NCBI GenBank assembly: GCA_964518785.1
Contig: CAZFHT010000001.1
Coordinates: 22,673-81,275 of the forward strand
DNA: 58,603 nucleotides
Direction of reading: 5' to 3'
Source: an uncultured Eubacterium sp.
GTDB lineage: Bacteria; Bacillota; Clostridia; Lachnospirales; Lachnospiraceae
Within the stretch, counting starts at the first letter, position 1. Every line of letters starts with the position of its first letter. Below, piece by piece: positions 47,057-57,225 of the stretch. The position numbers were made by a program, and so were the translations under genes. The notes beneath the pieces are model-generated. The model ran no database searches. It was given only the letters and a program-made list of their open reading frames with translations, and had not been told where the DNA came from.

Positions 47057-48220
47057 TTATGCGCGCCTGTAACGTGCCAGCATTGGCACCAGTTCTTTTA
47101 TCCATTCAATCGTATAATCAATTTCTTCCATCTCGGTAAAGCCGGAAAAACTAAAGCGAAGGGTAGAATCCAGCAAATTGTCTGCCAGCCCGATTGCCTT
47201 CAGCGTACCGCTGATACCGGGATGATTCGATGAGCAGGCAGAACCGGAGGACACGTAAATCCCCTTTTCTTCCAGTGCGTGTAAGAGAACCTCACTCTTT
47301 ATACCGGAAAAACTGACGCTCACAATATGCGGTGCTGTCTCCTCCAAAGCAGAAAGGTCGCAGGCATTTACCACTGCCCCCTCCATCCCGGAAATTTCTT
47401 CAATGAAATGTCTTTTCAGTTCGTACATATGGCTGCGTCTCTCCTCCAGGCTCCGGTCCTGCGTCTCTGCCGCCAGACCAAGCCCGGCTATTCCTGCCAC
47501 ATTCTCCGTACCGGAACGTCTTCCGCCCTGCTGGCCGCCGCCATGGATATAAGGGTGCATTTTCACTTTATCTGCCTGATACAAAAATCCCGTTCCTTTC
47601 GGTCCATGTATCTTGTGTCCGCTTCCACTCAAAAGGTCAATCCCCAGTTTTTGAGGATAAATCTTCATTTTCCCATATGCCTGAATGGCATCCACATGAA
47701 AAAGAATACTCTCATCATAGGCTTTGATGACCTTCGACAGTGCCGCCACGTCCTGAACCGCACCAATCTCATTATTCACCAGCATAATCGACACAAGTAC
47801 CGTATCCGGACGCAAAGCGTCCTTCAAAGTGTCCGCACTGATATGACCTCTTTCATCTACCGGCAGATAAGTAATCTCGTACCCAAAATTTTCAAGATAA
47901 ATCAACGGCTCGTGAACGGACGGATGTTCAAAGCAGGTGGTGATAATGTGCTTTCCCTTTCGTCTGTTCGCCAGAGCAGACCCAATCAGTGCCGTATTGT
48001 TGCTCTCCGTACCGCCGGAGGTAAAAATAATATTCTTCGCCTTGCATTTCAGTGTCTTGGCAATCTGTTCTGCTGCCTGACGAATATAACGCTCTCCCTC
48101 AACACCCTTCTGGTGCAGCGAGGACGGATTTCCATAGTCTTCGAGCAGCAGCTTCGACGTCAAATCGCAAACCTCCGTCAGCGGTTTTGTGGTAGCCGCA
48201 TTATCTAAATAACATTCCAT
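47057..48220 (-). CDS. Cysteine desulfurase (IscS/NifZ-like, ThiI-associated)
   Basis: YLDNAATT, GNPSS, FTSGGTE, HKIHGPKG, SSGSACSS. Confidence 0.95.
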   Translation of the reverse strand: MECYLDNAATTKPLTEVCDLTSKLLLEDYGNPSSLHQKGVEGERYIRQAAEQIAKTLKCKAKNIIFTSGGTESNNTALIGSALANRRKGKHIITTCFEHPSVHEPLIYLENFGYEITYLPVDERGHISADTLKDALRPDTVLVSIMLVNNEIGAVQDVAALSKVIKAYDESILFHVDAIQAYGKMKIYPQKLGIDLLSGSGHKIHGPKGTGFLYQADKVKMHPYIHGGGQQGGRRSGTENVAGIAGLGLAAETQDRSLEERRSHMYELKRHFIEEISGMEGAVVNACDLSALEETAPHIVSVSFSGIKSEVLLHALEEKGIYVSSGSACSSNHPGISGTLKAIGLADNLLDSTLRFSFSGFTEMEEIDYTIEWIKELVPMLARYRRA

Positions 48221-48249
48221 TTAATAACCATGCCTTTCCTCCAAATTAT

Positions 48250-49035
48250 TCAATCGTTATGAGGCGATTCCTCCACACCCTTGCCGTTCTTTGAACAATA
48301 ACTCTCAACTAAGAACATCAAGACAGATAAAGTCGTCATTCCGGCGGTCTCCGTCCGTAAAATCCGTTTACCAAGAGAGATTGGCACTGCACCTTTTTGC
48401 ACAGCCTCCTCTACCTCACTGCGTTCAAAACCACCCTCCGGACCGATAAAAACGCCGATACTTTTGCCCTTTGCCGCCTGCCGCATAGTCTCCACCGAGC
48501 CAGCCATATCTTCACATAGTTCATAGGGAATCAGTACAGTATCGATTGTCCGGGCATAGTCCAGTGCTTGAGAAAACGTCACTGCCTCATGAATTTCCGG
48601 CACGATTCCCCTTCCACTCTGCTTTGCCGCCGCCTCGGCAATCGTGCGCCAGCGGGTAAGTTTTTTTTCTTCTTTTTTGCTGTCCAGTCTGACAACACAT
48701 CGTCTGGATTTCACCGGAACAATCTCACAGGCGCCCAGCTCCACTGCCTTCTGAATGACCAATTCCATCTTGTCCTTTTTCGGGAGAGCCTGAAACAGCG
48801 TAATCTTAACCGGCAGCTCGGTAACAGCAGGCTCCTCTTTTTCTACCTCAAGACATATGGCGGAATCCTGAATGTCCCTTATTATACAATAATAGTCTGT
48901 TCCCTGTCCACAAGAAACTACAACTTTTTCTCCGGATTCCATTCGCAGAACATTTTTGATGTGATTGACGTCATCACCGGTTATGAGAATTTGAGTCTCT
49001 GTCACATTCTCCTCCGGCACAAAAAAACGATACAT
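48250..49035 (-). CDS. rsmE: 16S rRNA m3U1498 methyltransferase
   Basis: HIKNVLR, QKAVELG, IGPEGG, LGKRILRTETA. Confidence 0.96.
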   Translation of the reverse strand: MYRFFVPEENVTETQILITGDDVNHIKNVLRMESGEKVVVSCGQGTDYYCIIRDIQDSAICLEVEKEEPAVTELPVKITLFQALPKKDKMELVIQKAVELGACEIVPVKSRRCVVRLDSKKEEKKLTRWRTIAEAAAKQSGRGIVPEIHEAVTFSQALDYARTIDTVLIPYELCEDMAGSVETMRQAAKGKSIGVFIGPEGGFERSEVEEAVQKGAVPISLGKRILRTETAGMTTLSVLMFLVESYCSKNGKGVEESPHND

Positions 49036-49065
49036 TTTTTCCCTCTTTTCTTATAACATACGAAA

Positions 49066-49091
49066 GGCACAAATGGAATTCCATCTGTGCC
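49066..49091 (-). terminator. Hairpin downstream of 49156..49866
   Basis: GGCACAAATGG-AATT-CCATCTGTGCC. Confidence 0.45.
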
Positions 49092-49155
49092 GTATCGCAG
49101 CTTTTGTATGGCAAATCATCGAATGAATACTTATTACTTTATTACTGAATACTTA

Positions 49156-49866
49156 TTATGCGAAAAGACCGGATGAATTATAAAGTACATTACCGGAATT
49201 TACCGCAATCTGGTTCGCACTCTGTATCGCCAGCGAAGATGCCTTGCCGGAAATGGAATCCGCCAGAGAACCACTTCCCGAAAACAACGATTTCAAAGTG
49301 CTTACGTCTGCCTGTGCAAACTTCTCCTCGTCAAGAGATAACGTATTATCTTCTTTAATTGTAATGCCTGCCTTGTTCAACAAATCCTCACTCTGGTTCA
49401 TTCGCTCGGTTCCCCACACTGCGGTCTGAAGAATCGAATAAGAGTTCAGGCTCTTTGTTGCACTCAGCGTACTGTTGTAATCACTTACAAAACTTTTTAC
49501 ATCATCCAGCAAATCAGACGCTTTTTCAACCTTGCTGTAATCGGTCTTCTTCAACTCATCTGCCGAATTCACCAGCTTTGTAGCGGAACTTTTCAGAGCA
49601 GAAAGACTGTTCTTGCTGTCTGCCGTTCCGGAGCCACTGATACTCTCCTTCACCTCATCCTTCGTCATCGTAGAATAATAAGACTTCAACGCCTTCTTAT
49701 ATGCGCCGCTCCGAATCATGGACAAATCACCCAGTGAATATAACCATGAGGATGAAGAAGTGCTGTTTGAGGAACTCGTTCCAAATAAAGTACTGTACAT
49801 ATCACTTGACGAATAACTACTTGTTCCTGTTCCTAAAATATCATATATGCTACTCAATTGAATCAC
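49156..49866 (-). CDS. Ser-rich hypothetical protein with a FliD C-terminal-like segment
   Basis: VKSFVSDYN...AGITIKEDNTLSLDEEKF pattern; GTG start with AGGA RBS. Confidence 0.6.
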   Translation of the reverse strand: MIQLSSIYDILGTGTSSYSSSDMYSTLFGTSSSNSTSSSSWLYSLGDLSMIRSGAYKKALKSYYSTMTKDEVKESISGSGTADSKNSLSALKSSATKLVNSADELKKTDYSKVEKASDLLDDVKSFVSDYNSTLSATKSLNSYSILQTAVWGTERMNQSEDLLNKAGITIKEDNTLSLDEEKFAQADVSTLKSLFSGSGSLADSISGKASSLAIQSANQIAVNSGNVLYNSSGLFA

Positions 49867-49973
49867 TCCTTTGAGAAAACTAAAAAACGGTCATCCTTTA
49901 CCATATATTATATCGACAACCTACTGTCAAAATATAACACTTAACTTTGGTATAACACATTTTTCCAAATTTG

Positions 49974-51452
49974 TCAACCGCCCAAACTGTCCAGACGTGC
50001 CAGTGCGTTGGCTACCGCCTCTCTCTCGCTGTAATGATGTTTTACGCCGTTTATTTCCTGATATTCCTCATGACCTTTTCCAAGGAGGATAATGAGGTCG
50101 CCGTCCTGTGCGTGGTCTACAGCGTAATTTACCGCCTCCTGACGGTCAGGGATTACGACATATTCTCCCTTTGTCTTAGCCAGTCCCACTTTGATATCCT
50201 CGACAATGTCCATTACGTCTTCAGTTCGTGGATTATCACTGGTGACGATGGCAAGCTCCGCCAGATTTCCCACTGCCTCTCCCATCTCATAACGGCGGAG
50301 TTTACTGCGGTTGCCGCCACAGCCGAAAATGGCGATAATACGTCCGGGATTGTAACCCCGCAGTGTTTTCAGCACACTTTCCGTACTGACGCCATTGTGT
50401 GCAAAATCAATCAAAACAGAAAAGCCTCGTCCGGTAGGAATGTTTTCCACTCTTCCCCGAACCTCCACATGCTCCAGTGCATGGAGAATAATATCCTTCG
50501 GCATTCCCAGTAATGCTCCCACTGCCGCCGCACACATACCATTGTAAACATTGAACCGTCCCGGCAGTCCCACGACAATATCTCCGTCCAGAAGTCCCTC
50601 TGCGTGGAATTTCATCGACAGATTTCCGTCTTCATTCACGTGTTCGATATTCGCAGCCTTCAAATCCCCTGACTGCGTACCAAAGGTTTTGATTTGACAG
50701 GAAGCATTTTTCACAATGTCTTTCCAGTGGGGATCGTCTGCATTTACAATGCCCACATCACACATCTGGAACAAACGGCTCTTGCAAGACAAATACTCAT
50801 CAAAATCTTTGTGTTCATTCGGTCCGATATGGTCCGGAGAAATGTTGGTAAATACGCCGTAGTTAAAGTGCATTCCGGCAACCCGGTCCATCTTAATTCC
50901 CTGTGAGCTTACCTCCATTACCATATAATCACAGCCGGCGTCAACCATATCATGAAAATATTTCTGCAAATCATACGATTCCGGCGTCGTGTGTTCGGTA
51001 GGCGTCACTTTTCCTTTGATGGACACGCCAATCGTCCCCACAATGCCGCAGGTTTTCCCTGACTTTTCAATAATGTCTCTCACCATGTAAGTTGTTGTAG
51101 ACTTTCCTTTTGTTCCGGTGATACCGATGGACACCATTTTTTCAGCAGGATAGTCAAAATAGGCGGCGGACATTTTGCTTAATCCCTCTCTGCCATTTTT
51201 CACTTTGACAACCGTTACGTCTTTCTTCGAAATCTCCACATCCTTTTCCACAACGATGACAGACGCTCCCTGCTCCAGTACATTCGGAATGAATTTATGT
51301 CCATCCACTACCGTACCGGAAATCGCCACAAACAACATTCCCTCTTTTATCTTTCTGGAATCATAGGACAAATCTGTCACTTCCTGCTCCAGACTTCCCT
51401 GTATCAAATCATAGTCCAGTTTCTCCAATAATTTGCTGAGTTTTACTGCCAT
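49974..51452 (-). CDS. murE: UDP-MurNAc-dipeptide--meso-DAP ligase
   Basis: GITGTKGKSTT, TTPES, MEVSS, DFAHN, DNPR, GKGHE. Confidence 0.95.
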   Translation of the reverse strand: MAVKLSKLLEKLDYDLIQGSLEQEVTDLSYDSRKIKEGMLFVAISGTVVDGHKFIPNVLEQGASVIVVEKDVEISKKDVTVVKVKNGREGLSKMSAAYFDYPAEKMVSIGITGTKGKSTTTYMVRDIIEKSGKTCGIVGTIGVSIKGKVTPTEHTTPESYDLQKYFHDMVDAGCDYMVMEVSSQGIKMDRVAGMHFNYGVFTNISPDHIGPNEHKDFDEYLSCKSRLFQMCDVGIVNADDPHWKDIVKNASCQIKTFGTQSGDLKAANIEHVNEDGNLSMKFHAEGLLDGDIVVGLPGRFNVYNGMCAAAVGALLGMPKDIILHALEHVEVRGRVENIPTGRGFSVLIDFAHNGVSTESVLKTLRGYNPGRIIAIFGCGGNRSKLRRYEMGEAVGNLAELAIVTSDNPRTEDVMDIVEDIKVGLAKTKGEYVVIPDRQEAVNYAVDHAQDGDLIILLGKGHEEYQEINGVKHHYSEREAVANALARLDSLGG

Positions 51453-51464
51453 ATCCAGTCCCCC

Positions 51465-52256
51465 TTATATTAAATGATATTTCTTTAATGCTTTTTCAAT
51501 TCCATCTTCCATGACCGGTGCCGTCACATAATCTACCGCAGAAAAAATGTCGGGATTGCCGCTGCCCATAGCCACGCTGACTCCGGTATACTCCAGCATT
51601 GGCAGGTCATTCGTGCTGTCGCCAAACCCTACGGTATCCGCCGGATTAATATTCAATTTTTTACACAGGAAATCGATTCCGGTAGCTTTGGAATATCCCC
51701 TCGGCACAACTTCATAAAAATGCGGGTCCCGAAGGATAAAAGTAAAACGGTCCTCATATTTTTCCCGAAAAGATGTCATATCACTGGATTCATCAAACCA
51801 GAGTGCCATTTTATCAAATTCCAGAACTCGTATATCCTCCCAACAGCATTGACACTTGTCGGAAAACATCCCATTTTCCGCAAATATTTTCACCACCGGA
51901 GGCATCCAGTAGTCCCGGCGAAAATAGGTCTTTTCCTTGCCCTCCAGTACACCATCAATGTGGAATCTTGTCAAGTCATCCGCAATTTCCCGCTGTAACT
52001 CCGAAGGAAGTGTAGCGTGGAGTAACTCATCACCATGGTAAAACACATTCGTCCCACAGCCGCCTACCACACCATCAAAACCGATATCCAGCACCTCCTT
52101 TGGCCAGATATTTTTGCACCGTCCGGTGCAGATAAAGGTAAGATGTCCGTTTTCTCTCGCCTGACGCAGGGATGATACCGCACTTTGAGGTATAATTTTT
52201 TCCTTCTCGTCCAGCAGCGTACCATCTATATCAAAAAATAACATATGCCGTTTCAT
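51465..52256 (-). CDS. Cof-type HAD-IIB hydrolase
   Basis: FDIDGTL, CTGR, SKATG, FGDSTND. Confidence 0.92.
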   Translation of the reverse strand: MKRHMLFFDIDGTLLDEKEKIIPQSAVSSLRQARENGHLTFICTGRCKNIWPKEVLDIGFDGVVGGCGTNVFYHGDELLHATLPSELQREIADDLTRFHIDGVLEGKEKTYFRRDYWMPPVVKIFAENGMFSDKCQCCWEDIRVLEFDKMALWFDESSDMTSFREKYEDRFTFILRDPHFYEVVPRGYSKATGIDFLCKKLNINPADTVGFGDSTNDLPMLEYTGVSVAMGSGNPDIFSAVDYVTAPVMEDGIEKALKKYHLI

Positions 52257-52278
52257 GTCGTATCATACCTTTCTTTTA

Positions 52279-53703
52279 TCAATTGTCCCCTTTGGAAAAA
52301 TCAGTGTGCTTTCCCACATATTTGTATGCCGGGCGAATAATTTTTCCTTTGTTCACCAATTCCTCCAGACGATGAGCACTCCAGCCGGAGATACGGGCAA
52401 TGGCGAAAATCGGTGTAAACAGCTCCTTCGGAATTCCCAGCATGGTATATACAAAACCACTGTAAAAATCCACATTGGCACATACCGGTTTAAATCGGCG
52501 GTGCTTTTTCATAATTAAATCCTTTGAAATCTCCTCCACCGTTTCGTAAAGCCGAAACTCATCCAGCAAATTCTTTTCTTCTGCCAGTTTTCTTGCATAC
52601 TTCTTCAAAATCACTTCTCTCGGGTCGGAATCGGTATACACTGCGTGTCCCATTCCATATATCAGACCAGCCCCGTCAAATGCTTCTTTGTCCAGTATTT
52701 TTTCCAGATATTCCTCTACTTCTTCCCGATTATCCCAGTCCGGACAACATTCTTTTAAATCATCAAACATTTGCAGCACCTTCAAATTTGCTCCGCCATG
52801 ACGCGGCCCCTTCAAAGAGGCAATGGAGGCAGAGATTGCCGAGTAGGTATCCGTACCTGAGGACGTCACAACATGGTCCGTAAAAGTAGAATTGTTTCCC
52901 CCGCCGTGCTCTGCATGAAGTACGAGCGAAACGTCCAGCACCTGCGCCTCTAAGTCCGAAAATTTTCCATCCGGCCGAATCATCTGTAAAATATTTTCCG
53001 CAATGGACAAATTTTTGTCAGGCGTGCGGATAAAGAAATTTTCATCAAATTTAAAATGGCGGTAAGAATGATAAGCGTATACCGCAATCATCGGAAGTTT
53101 GCTGATTAACTGCAACGACTGCCGCAGTACGTTGGGTACGGATATATCATCCGGATTTTCATCGTAGGAATACAGCGTCAGCACACATTTTTGCAGTGCG
53201 TTCATAATATTGGCACTGGGTGCTTTCATAATGACATCCCGCACAAATTCTCCTGACAGCTCCTGCAAGCTGGTGGAGATTTCCTCAAAATCCTTTAACT
53301 GCTGTTCCGTAGGCAATTCTCCGAATAAGAGAAGATAGGTAATCTTCTCAAAAGCAAACCGCTGATTTTCGAAACTTTCCACCAAGTCCATGACATTATA
53401 CCCCTGATAGTATAACTCACCCTCACACGGTACTTTATGTCCATTTTTATTTTTCATACCAACAACATCAGAAATCTCGGTAAGCCCTGTCAGTACACCT
53501 CTTCCATTGGAATCCCGCAGACCTCTCTTTACATCATATTCTGTATACAAATCCACATCAATAGCCCCGGAAAGCATACAATAGTCCACTAAATTCTCAA
53601 ATTTCCCATTCAGTTCTTCTTCCAGTTTCATCATTGAATGATTATCCAAAATAATTTCTCCTTTCGTACCGTAATTATGCCATAAAAGAGGACGGAATAA
53701 CAA
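52279..53703 (-). CDS. gltA: Citrate synthase family protein (true start likely ~50-70 nt downstream)
   Basis: HAEHGGGNNS, GPRHGGAN, GMGHAVY, ANVDFYSG. Confidence 0.92.
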   Translation of the reverse strand: MLFRPLLWHNYGTKGEIILDNHSMMKLEEELNGKFENLVDYCMLSGAIDVDLYTEYDVKRGLRDSNGRGVLTGLTEISDVVGMKNKNGHKVPCEGELYYQGYNVMDLVESFENQRFAFEKITYLLLFGELPTEQQLKDFEEISTSLQELSGEFVRDVIMKAPSANIMNALQKCVLTLYSYDENPDDISVPNVLRQSLQLISKLPMIAVYAYHSYRHFKFDENFFIRTPDKNLSIAENILQMIRPDGKFSDLEAQVLDVSLVLHAEHGGGNNSTFTDHVVTSSGTDTYSAISASIASLKGPRHGGANLKVLQMFDDLKECCPDWDNREEVEEYLEKILDKEAFDGAGLIYGMGHAVYTDSDPREVILKKYARKLAEEKNLLDEFRLYETVEEISKDLIMKKHRRFKPVCANVDFYSGFVYTMLGIPKELFTPIFAIARISGWSAHRLEELVNKGKIIRPAYKYVGKHTDFSKGDN

Positions 53704-53785
53704 ACCTCTTGTCTGTATTCTGTCCCCTTCGGAGATTATACACTATTTTTCCTTCATTGTCAAAGATAGTAATTTTATCCCTTCC

Positions 53786-54475
53786 CTATCTCCTATCGTT
53801 TCTCTGCACCAGCAGCAGCAAGCGTAATAACTGCAATACCGTCGAGAGCAAAGCCGCAACATAGGTGAGCGCCGCCGCCCTCAACACTTTGGCTGCTCCT
53901 TTTAGTTCGCCGCCAATCAGCAAATCACTCTCCCGCAAAATCTTCAATGCTCTGTGAGAAGCATCAAATTCAACCGGAAGTGTAATCAGCTGAAATAACA
54001 CAACGCCGCAGAACAAAACCACGCCAATCTTTGCCAGTCCTATCTGACCTAAAAGAATCCCCACTAATATAATCGGCCATGATAATTTGGAACCGATATT
54101 GGCAAGCGGAACCGATATCGTCCTTAACTTTAATGGGGCATATCCTACCTTGTGCTGTATCGCATGACCGCACTCATGGGCAGCCACGCCCAATGCCGCC
54201 ACAGAAGTGGAATTGTACACACTGTCAGAAAGACGCAGCACCTTTTCTGACGGTGAATAATGGTCCGTCAAAGAACCGGATACCCGCTCAATTCGAACAT
54301 CATAAATTCCCGAATTATGCAATATCGTATTTGCCACATCTTGCGAGGTAAGTCTTCTTCCATTCGTTAATTTGCTGAATTTACTAAATGTATGGCTTAC
54401 ATTCCATGATGCAATTCCGCTTATGATAACTCCTATAATAACAAGAATATATGTCGGGTCCCAATACCAGTACAT
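53786..54475 (-). CDS. Membrane zinc metallopeptidase (YugP-like)
   Basis: LTDHY, AAHECGHAIQH, TLPVEFDAS, AAALTYVA. Confidence 0.92.
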   Translation of the reverse strand: MYWYWDPTYILVIIGVIISGIASWNVSHTFSKFSKLTNGRRLTSQDVANTILHNSGIYDVRIERVSGSLTDHYSPSEKVLRLSDSVYNSTSVAALGVAAHECGHAIQHKVGYAPLKLRTISVPLANIGSKLSWPIILVGILLGQIGLAKIGVVLFCGVVLFQLITLPVEFDASHRALKILRESDLLIGGELKGAAKVLRAAALTYVAALLSTVLQLLRLLLLVQRNDRR

Positions 54476-54587
54476 ATACGTCGCCTCCTATTTGTCTCAT
54501 TAATACTTAAAATATCCAAAACATTTTTAAATATGTTTTCTTACAGTATATAAAATGTGACAAAAAAAAGCAACTAATCTTCTTTGA

Positions 54588-56339
54588 TTACTGCGGAAAA
54601 CTATCCCTCAGGCACAGGGCTCCCCATCCCACACTGGAATTCGGATAATAAGAAAATGCCTTCAAGGGCTTGGCTCCTCTTTCCAAATATGCCTTTACCT
54701 TTTGACCATACAAATAAGAATCCTGCCCATTGACAATCCCATACTGCATGAGCAGAGCGGCACTCCCCGTAACAAACGGACACGCCATCGAGGTTCCGGT
54801 GCGGGCGGTATAGCCGCCGCCCGGAGAACAGGAAACGATATCCACTCCCGGTGCTGCCAAATCCGGTTTCACCACAAAATCATAGCCAAGGCTGTAACAG
54901 GGTTCTTCTCCACAAAATGCCCCTCTGCCGGAAAATGCCGCAAAACTCCCCGTATTGCTGTTATACGCTCCCACGGTGATGGGGCGGTAGGCGGTGGAAG
55001 GTATCGTCAGTGTGCTGTTCAGACTGGGAACGAGGAATCCGGTATCCGAGTTTATGCTGCTGCCGCTTGGCAGCCACAAATTCACGCTGCCCTCCACAAT
55101 CTTTTCCGGATATAGTGACAACTTCCACACACCGCTGCTGACATTGGTTTCAATGCCGTAAGGTACTAATTCCATATATATTTCTTGTGCCACATGATAA
55201 GGAGAAGGTTCTCCCATGTATACGAGCACCTCCGTACCATCCAGTACATATCGGTAACTCCCCGGTGCATTTTCAGAAATGACCGCCGAACTTCCCCCCG
55301 GCGACTCCAGTCTTACCCCAAACCGGTCCGAATAATTTTTCCAAAGTTGAAGTCCCAGACTATATTCTCCCGGAGCTACCGTAAATTCAACACGATATTC
55401 CTGTCCCTGAACAAGGCGAAAAGCGGAATGTCTCGCTTTATTTCCCTCATTTCCGGAGCCAATGCAAATGGTGGTTCTTCCAATCGCCGCCACCGTATCT
55501 AAATAGCTTTCCAACAATGAAGTCCCATCATGCGAACCATAATTGTTTCCGTAACTCAGATTGAGTGCCAGAGGCTGAGAACGAGATAACGCTGTCTTTA
55601 CGCAAAAATCCACCCCCTCCATAAGTGCTGCGGTCTGAGGGAAACCATTTTCCTTTTGTCCCTGAAGTTTCACTACAAGGAGGTCGGATTCATACGCCAC
55701 TCCCCGCCATTCTCCGTCACCGGCTCTCCCATTGCCGGCAGCAATCCCGGCAACATGAGTGCCATGCCCGCTTATATCTCGGGATGGAAATTTGACTTGA
55801 GATTTCAAATACTCATTAATTTGTTCCTGTGAAAAATATGTCCCCCTGTCGTACCCTTCGGGAGGGTTTCCTGTCTCCACTGTCTGATCCCACAATCCAA
55901 CGATTCTTGTAGTTCCATCCTCATTACAAAAATCAGGATGGTAAATATCAATGCCGCTGTCCACCACAGCCACCAAAATATTTTTCCCGCTGAGAGAGAA
56001 CGGCGCACGCTGTACCGGAGGAATACAAGACGCCATTTTTCCCTCATAAACAGCAAAAGAGAGAGCCTTCGGTTTCTCAATGTACTCTACCTCCGGCTCT
56101 CCGGCTAATGCCTGCAGCCGGGACTCCGGCACAACGGCAATGGCATAACCGCCAAACAAAGGGGTTATTTTTCCGTAATTTTCTCTTAATTTTTCCACAT
56201 CTCCAGAATACCGGAGAATCACCTCCCATGTTTTCTCCGCTGAATCATATCCCACTGACAGATTCTCGCTTTTCTCCCTTATTTCCACCGGAGTATCCAG
56301 AGATAATTCCAGCAAATTTTCAATCTTCTGGTCTGCCAT
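54588..56339 (-). CDS. S8 subtilisin-like protease, Csp (spore germination) type
   Basis: VVDSG, GHGTHVAGIAAG, GTSMA triad with large insertion; C-terminal GWG. Confidence 0.9.
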   Translation of the reverse strand: MADQKIENLLELSLDTPVEIREKSENLSVGYDSAEKTWEVILRYSGDVEKLRENYGKITPLFGGYAIAVVPESRLQALAGEPEVEYIEKPKALSFAVYEGKMASCIPPVQRAPFSLSGKNILVAVVDSGIDIYHPDFCNEDGTTRIVGLWDQTVETGNPPEGYDRGTYFSQEQINEYLKSQVKFPSRDISGHGTHVAGIAAGNGRAGDGEWRGVAYESDLLVVKLQGQKENGFPQTAALMEGVDFCVKTALSRSQPLALNLSYGNNYGSHDGTSLLESYLDTVAAIGRTTICIGSGNEGNKARHSAFRLVQGQEYRVEFTVAPGEYSLGLQLWKNYSDRFGVRLESPGGSSAVISENAPGSYRYVLDGTEVLVYMGEPSPYHVAQEIYMELVPYGIETNVSSGVWKLSLYPEKIVEGSVNLWLPSGSSINSDTGFLVPSLNSTLTIPSTAYRPITVGAYNSNTGSFAAFSGRGAFCGEEPCYSLGYDFVVKPDLAAPGVDIVSCSPGGGYTARTGTSMACPFVTGSAALLMQYGIVNGQDSYLYGQKVKAYLERGAKPLKAFSYYPNSSVGWGALCLRDSFPQ

Positions 56340-56342
56340 CCC

Positions 56343-56987
56343 TCACCCCTCATACTCTTTTCGAAGTTTCATCAACGCCTTTTTTTCAATGCGGCTTACA
56401 TAACTGCGGGAAATCCCAAGCTGCTTAGCTATCTCCCTCTGCGTCACCTCAGGACGTTCAGGAATATGGGGATTTTCCGGAATTCCATATCGCAATCGGA
56501 TAATGTATTTTTCTCTTTCCGTCAAATTTTTCTCAATAAAATCATACAATTTGGAAATGTTTTCTTCCCTCTCCATCCGTTCAGGAACATCCTCGTCGAT
56601 ACTTTCCAAAATATCCAACAGGCTTAAAGAATTTCCCTCTCCATCATCTCCGCCTATTGATTCATAGAGAAAAACTTCCCTCGACTGCTTTTTATCACTG
56701 CGGAAGGTCATAAGGAGTTCATTGTCAATGCACCTTGACGCATATGTGGCAAGCCGCACCCCTTTTCCCTGACGGTACGTATCCACCGCCTTAATCAATC
56801 CGATGGTTCCGATGGAAATCAAATCCTCAATGTTGTGGTCTGAATTATTATATTTTTTTACGAGATAGGCTACCAGCCGCAGATTTCTTTCAATTAATAT
56901 GCGTCGTGCCTCCCGGTCACCTTTTTCCCATCTCGCAAGGTACTCACTCTCCTCCTGTGCGCTTAATGGTTGTGGAAATGTCTGCAT
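56343..56987 (-). CDS. sigK: Sporulation sigma factor SigK
   Basis: FPQPLS, NLRLVA, DLISIGTIGLIKA, TQREIA...ISRSYVSRIEKKAL. Confidence 0.9.
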   Translation of the reverse strand: MQTFPQPLSAQEESEYLARWEKGDREARRILIERNLRLVAYLVKKYNNSDHNIEDLISIGTIGLIKAVDTYRQGKGVRLATYASRCIDNELLMTFRSDKKQSREVFLYESIGGDDGEGNSLSLLDILESIDEDVPERMEREENISKLYDFIEKNLTEREKYIIRLRYGIPENPHIPERPEVTQREIAKQLGISRSYVSRIEKKALMKLRKEYEG

Positions 56988-57016
56988 ATTTCACCTCGGA
57001 TGATTTGCATTACTCT

Positions 57017-57045
57017 AATCTATGACATTTCCTGTCCATAAGTGC
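57017..57045 (-). promoter_or_regulatory. SigE/SigK-type promoter of sigK with SpoIIID-like site
   Basis: Minus strand GCAC-N17-CATAGATT, containing GGACAGG. Confidence 0.5.
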
Positions 57046-57073
57046 ATGGCTTATGAAAAGACTTCTCCAGAAA

Positions 57074-57211
57074 CCTTACAGACACTAAAAAAGAAAGGCA
57101 GATTGACTCCTCTCGAAACGGAAACGCTATGCGTTAAAGTTTCTCGCTGAGTGAATCTGCCTTTCTTTTTAATCTGTTTGGTGCTGCGATGTGTCCTCTC
57201 GACTACACTGT
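57074..57211. repeat. ~140-bp palindromic element, copy 1
   Basis: Near-identical to 58332-58472; arms AAAAAGAAAGGCAGATT / AATCTGCCTTTCTTTTT. Confidence 0.9.
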
Positions 57212-57225
57212 GTCGACTCCAACCG

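Noticed and set aside
47327-48208. 293-aa plus-strand ORF and similar long antisense ORFs
   Set aside because: Fully overlap well-supported genes on the other strand and show no recognisable motifs
56343-56987. skin-like element interrupting sigK
   Set aside because: ORF is continuous through regions 2 to 4
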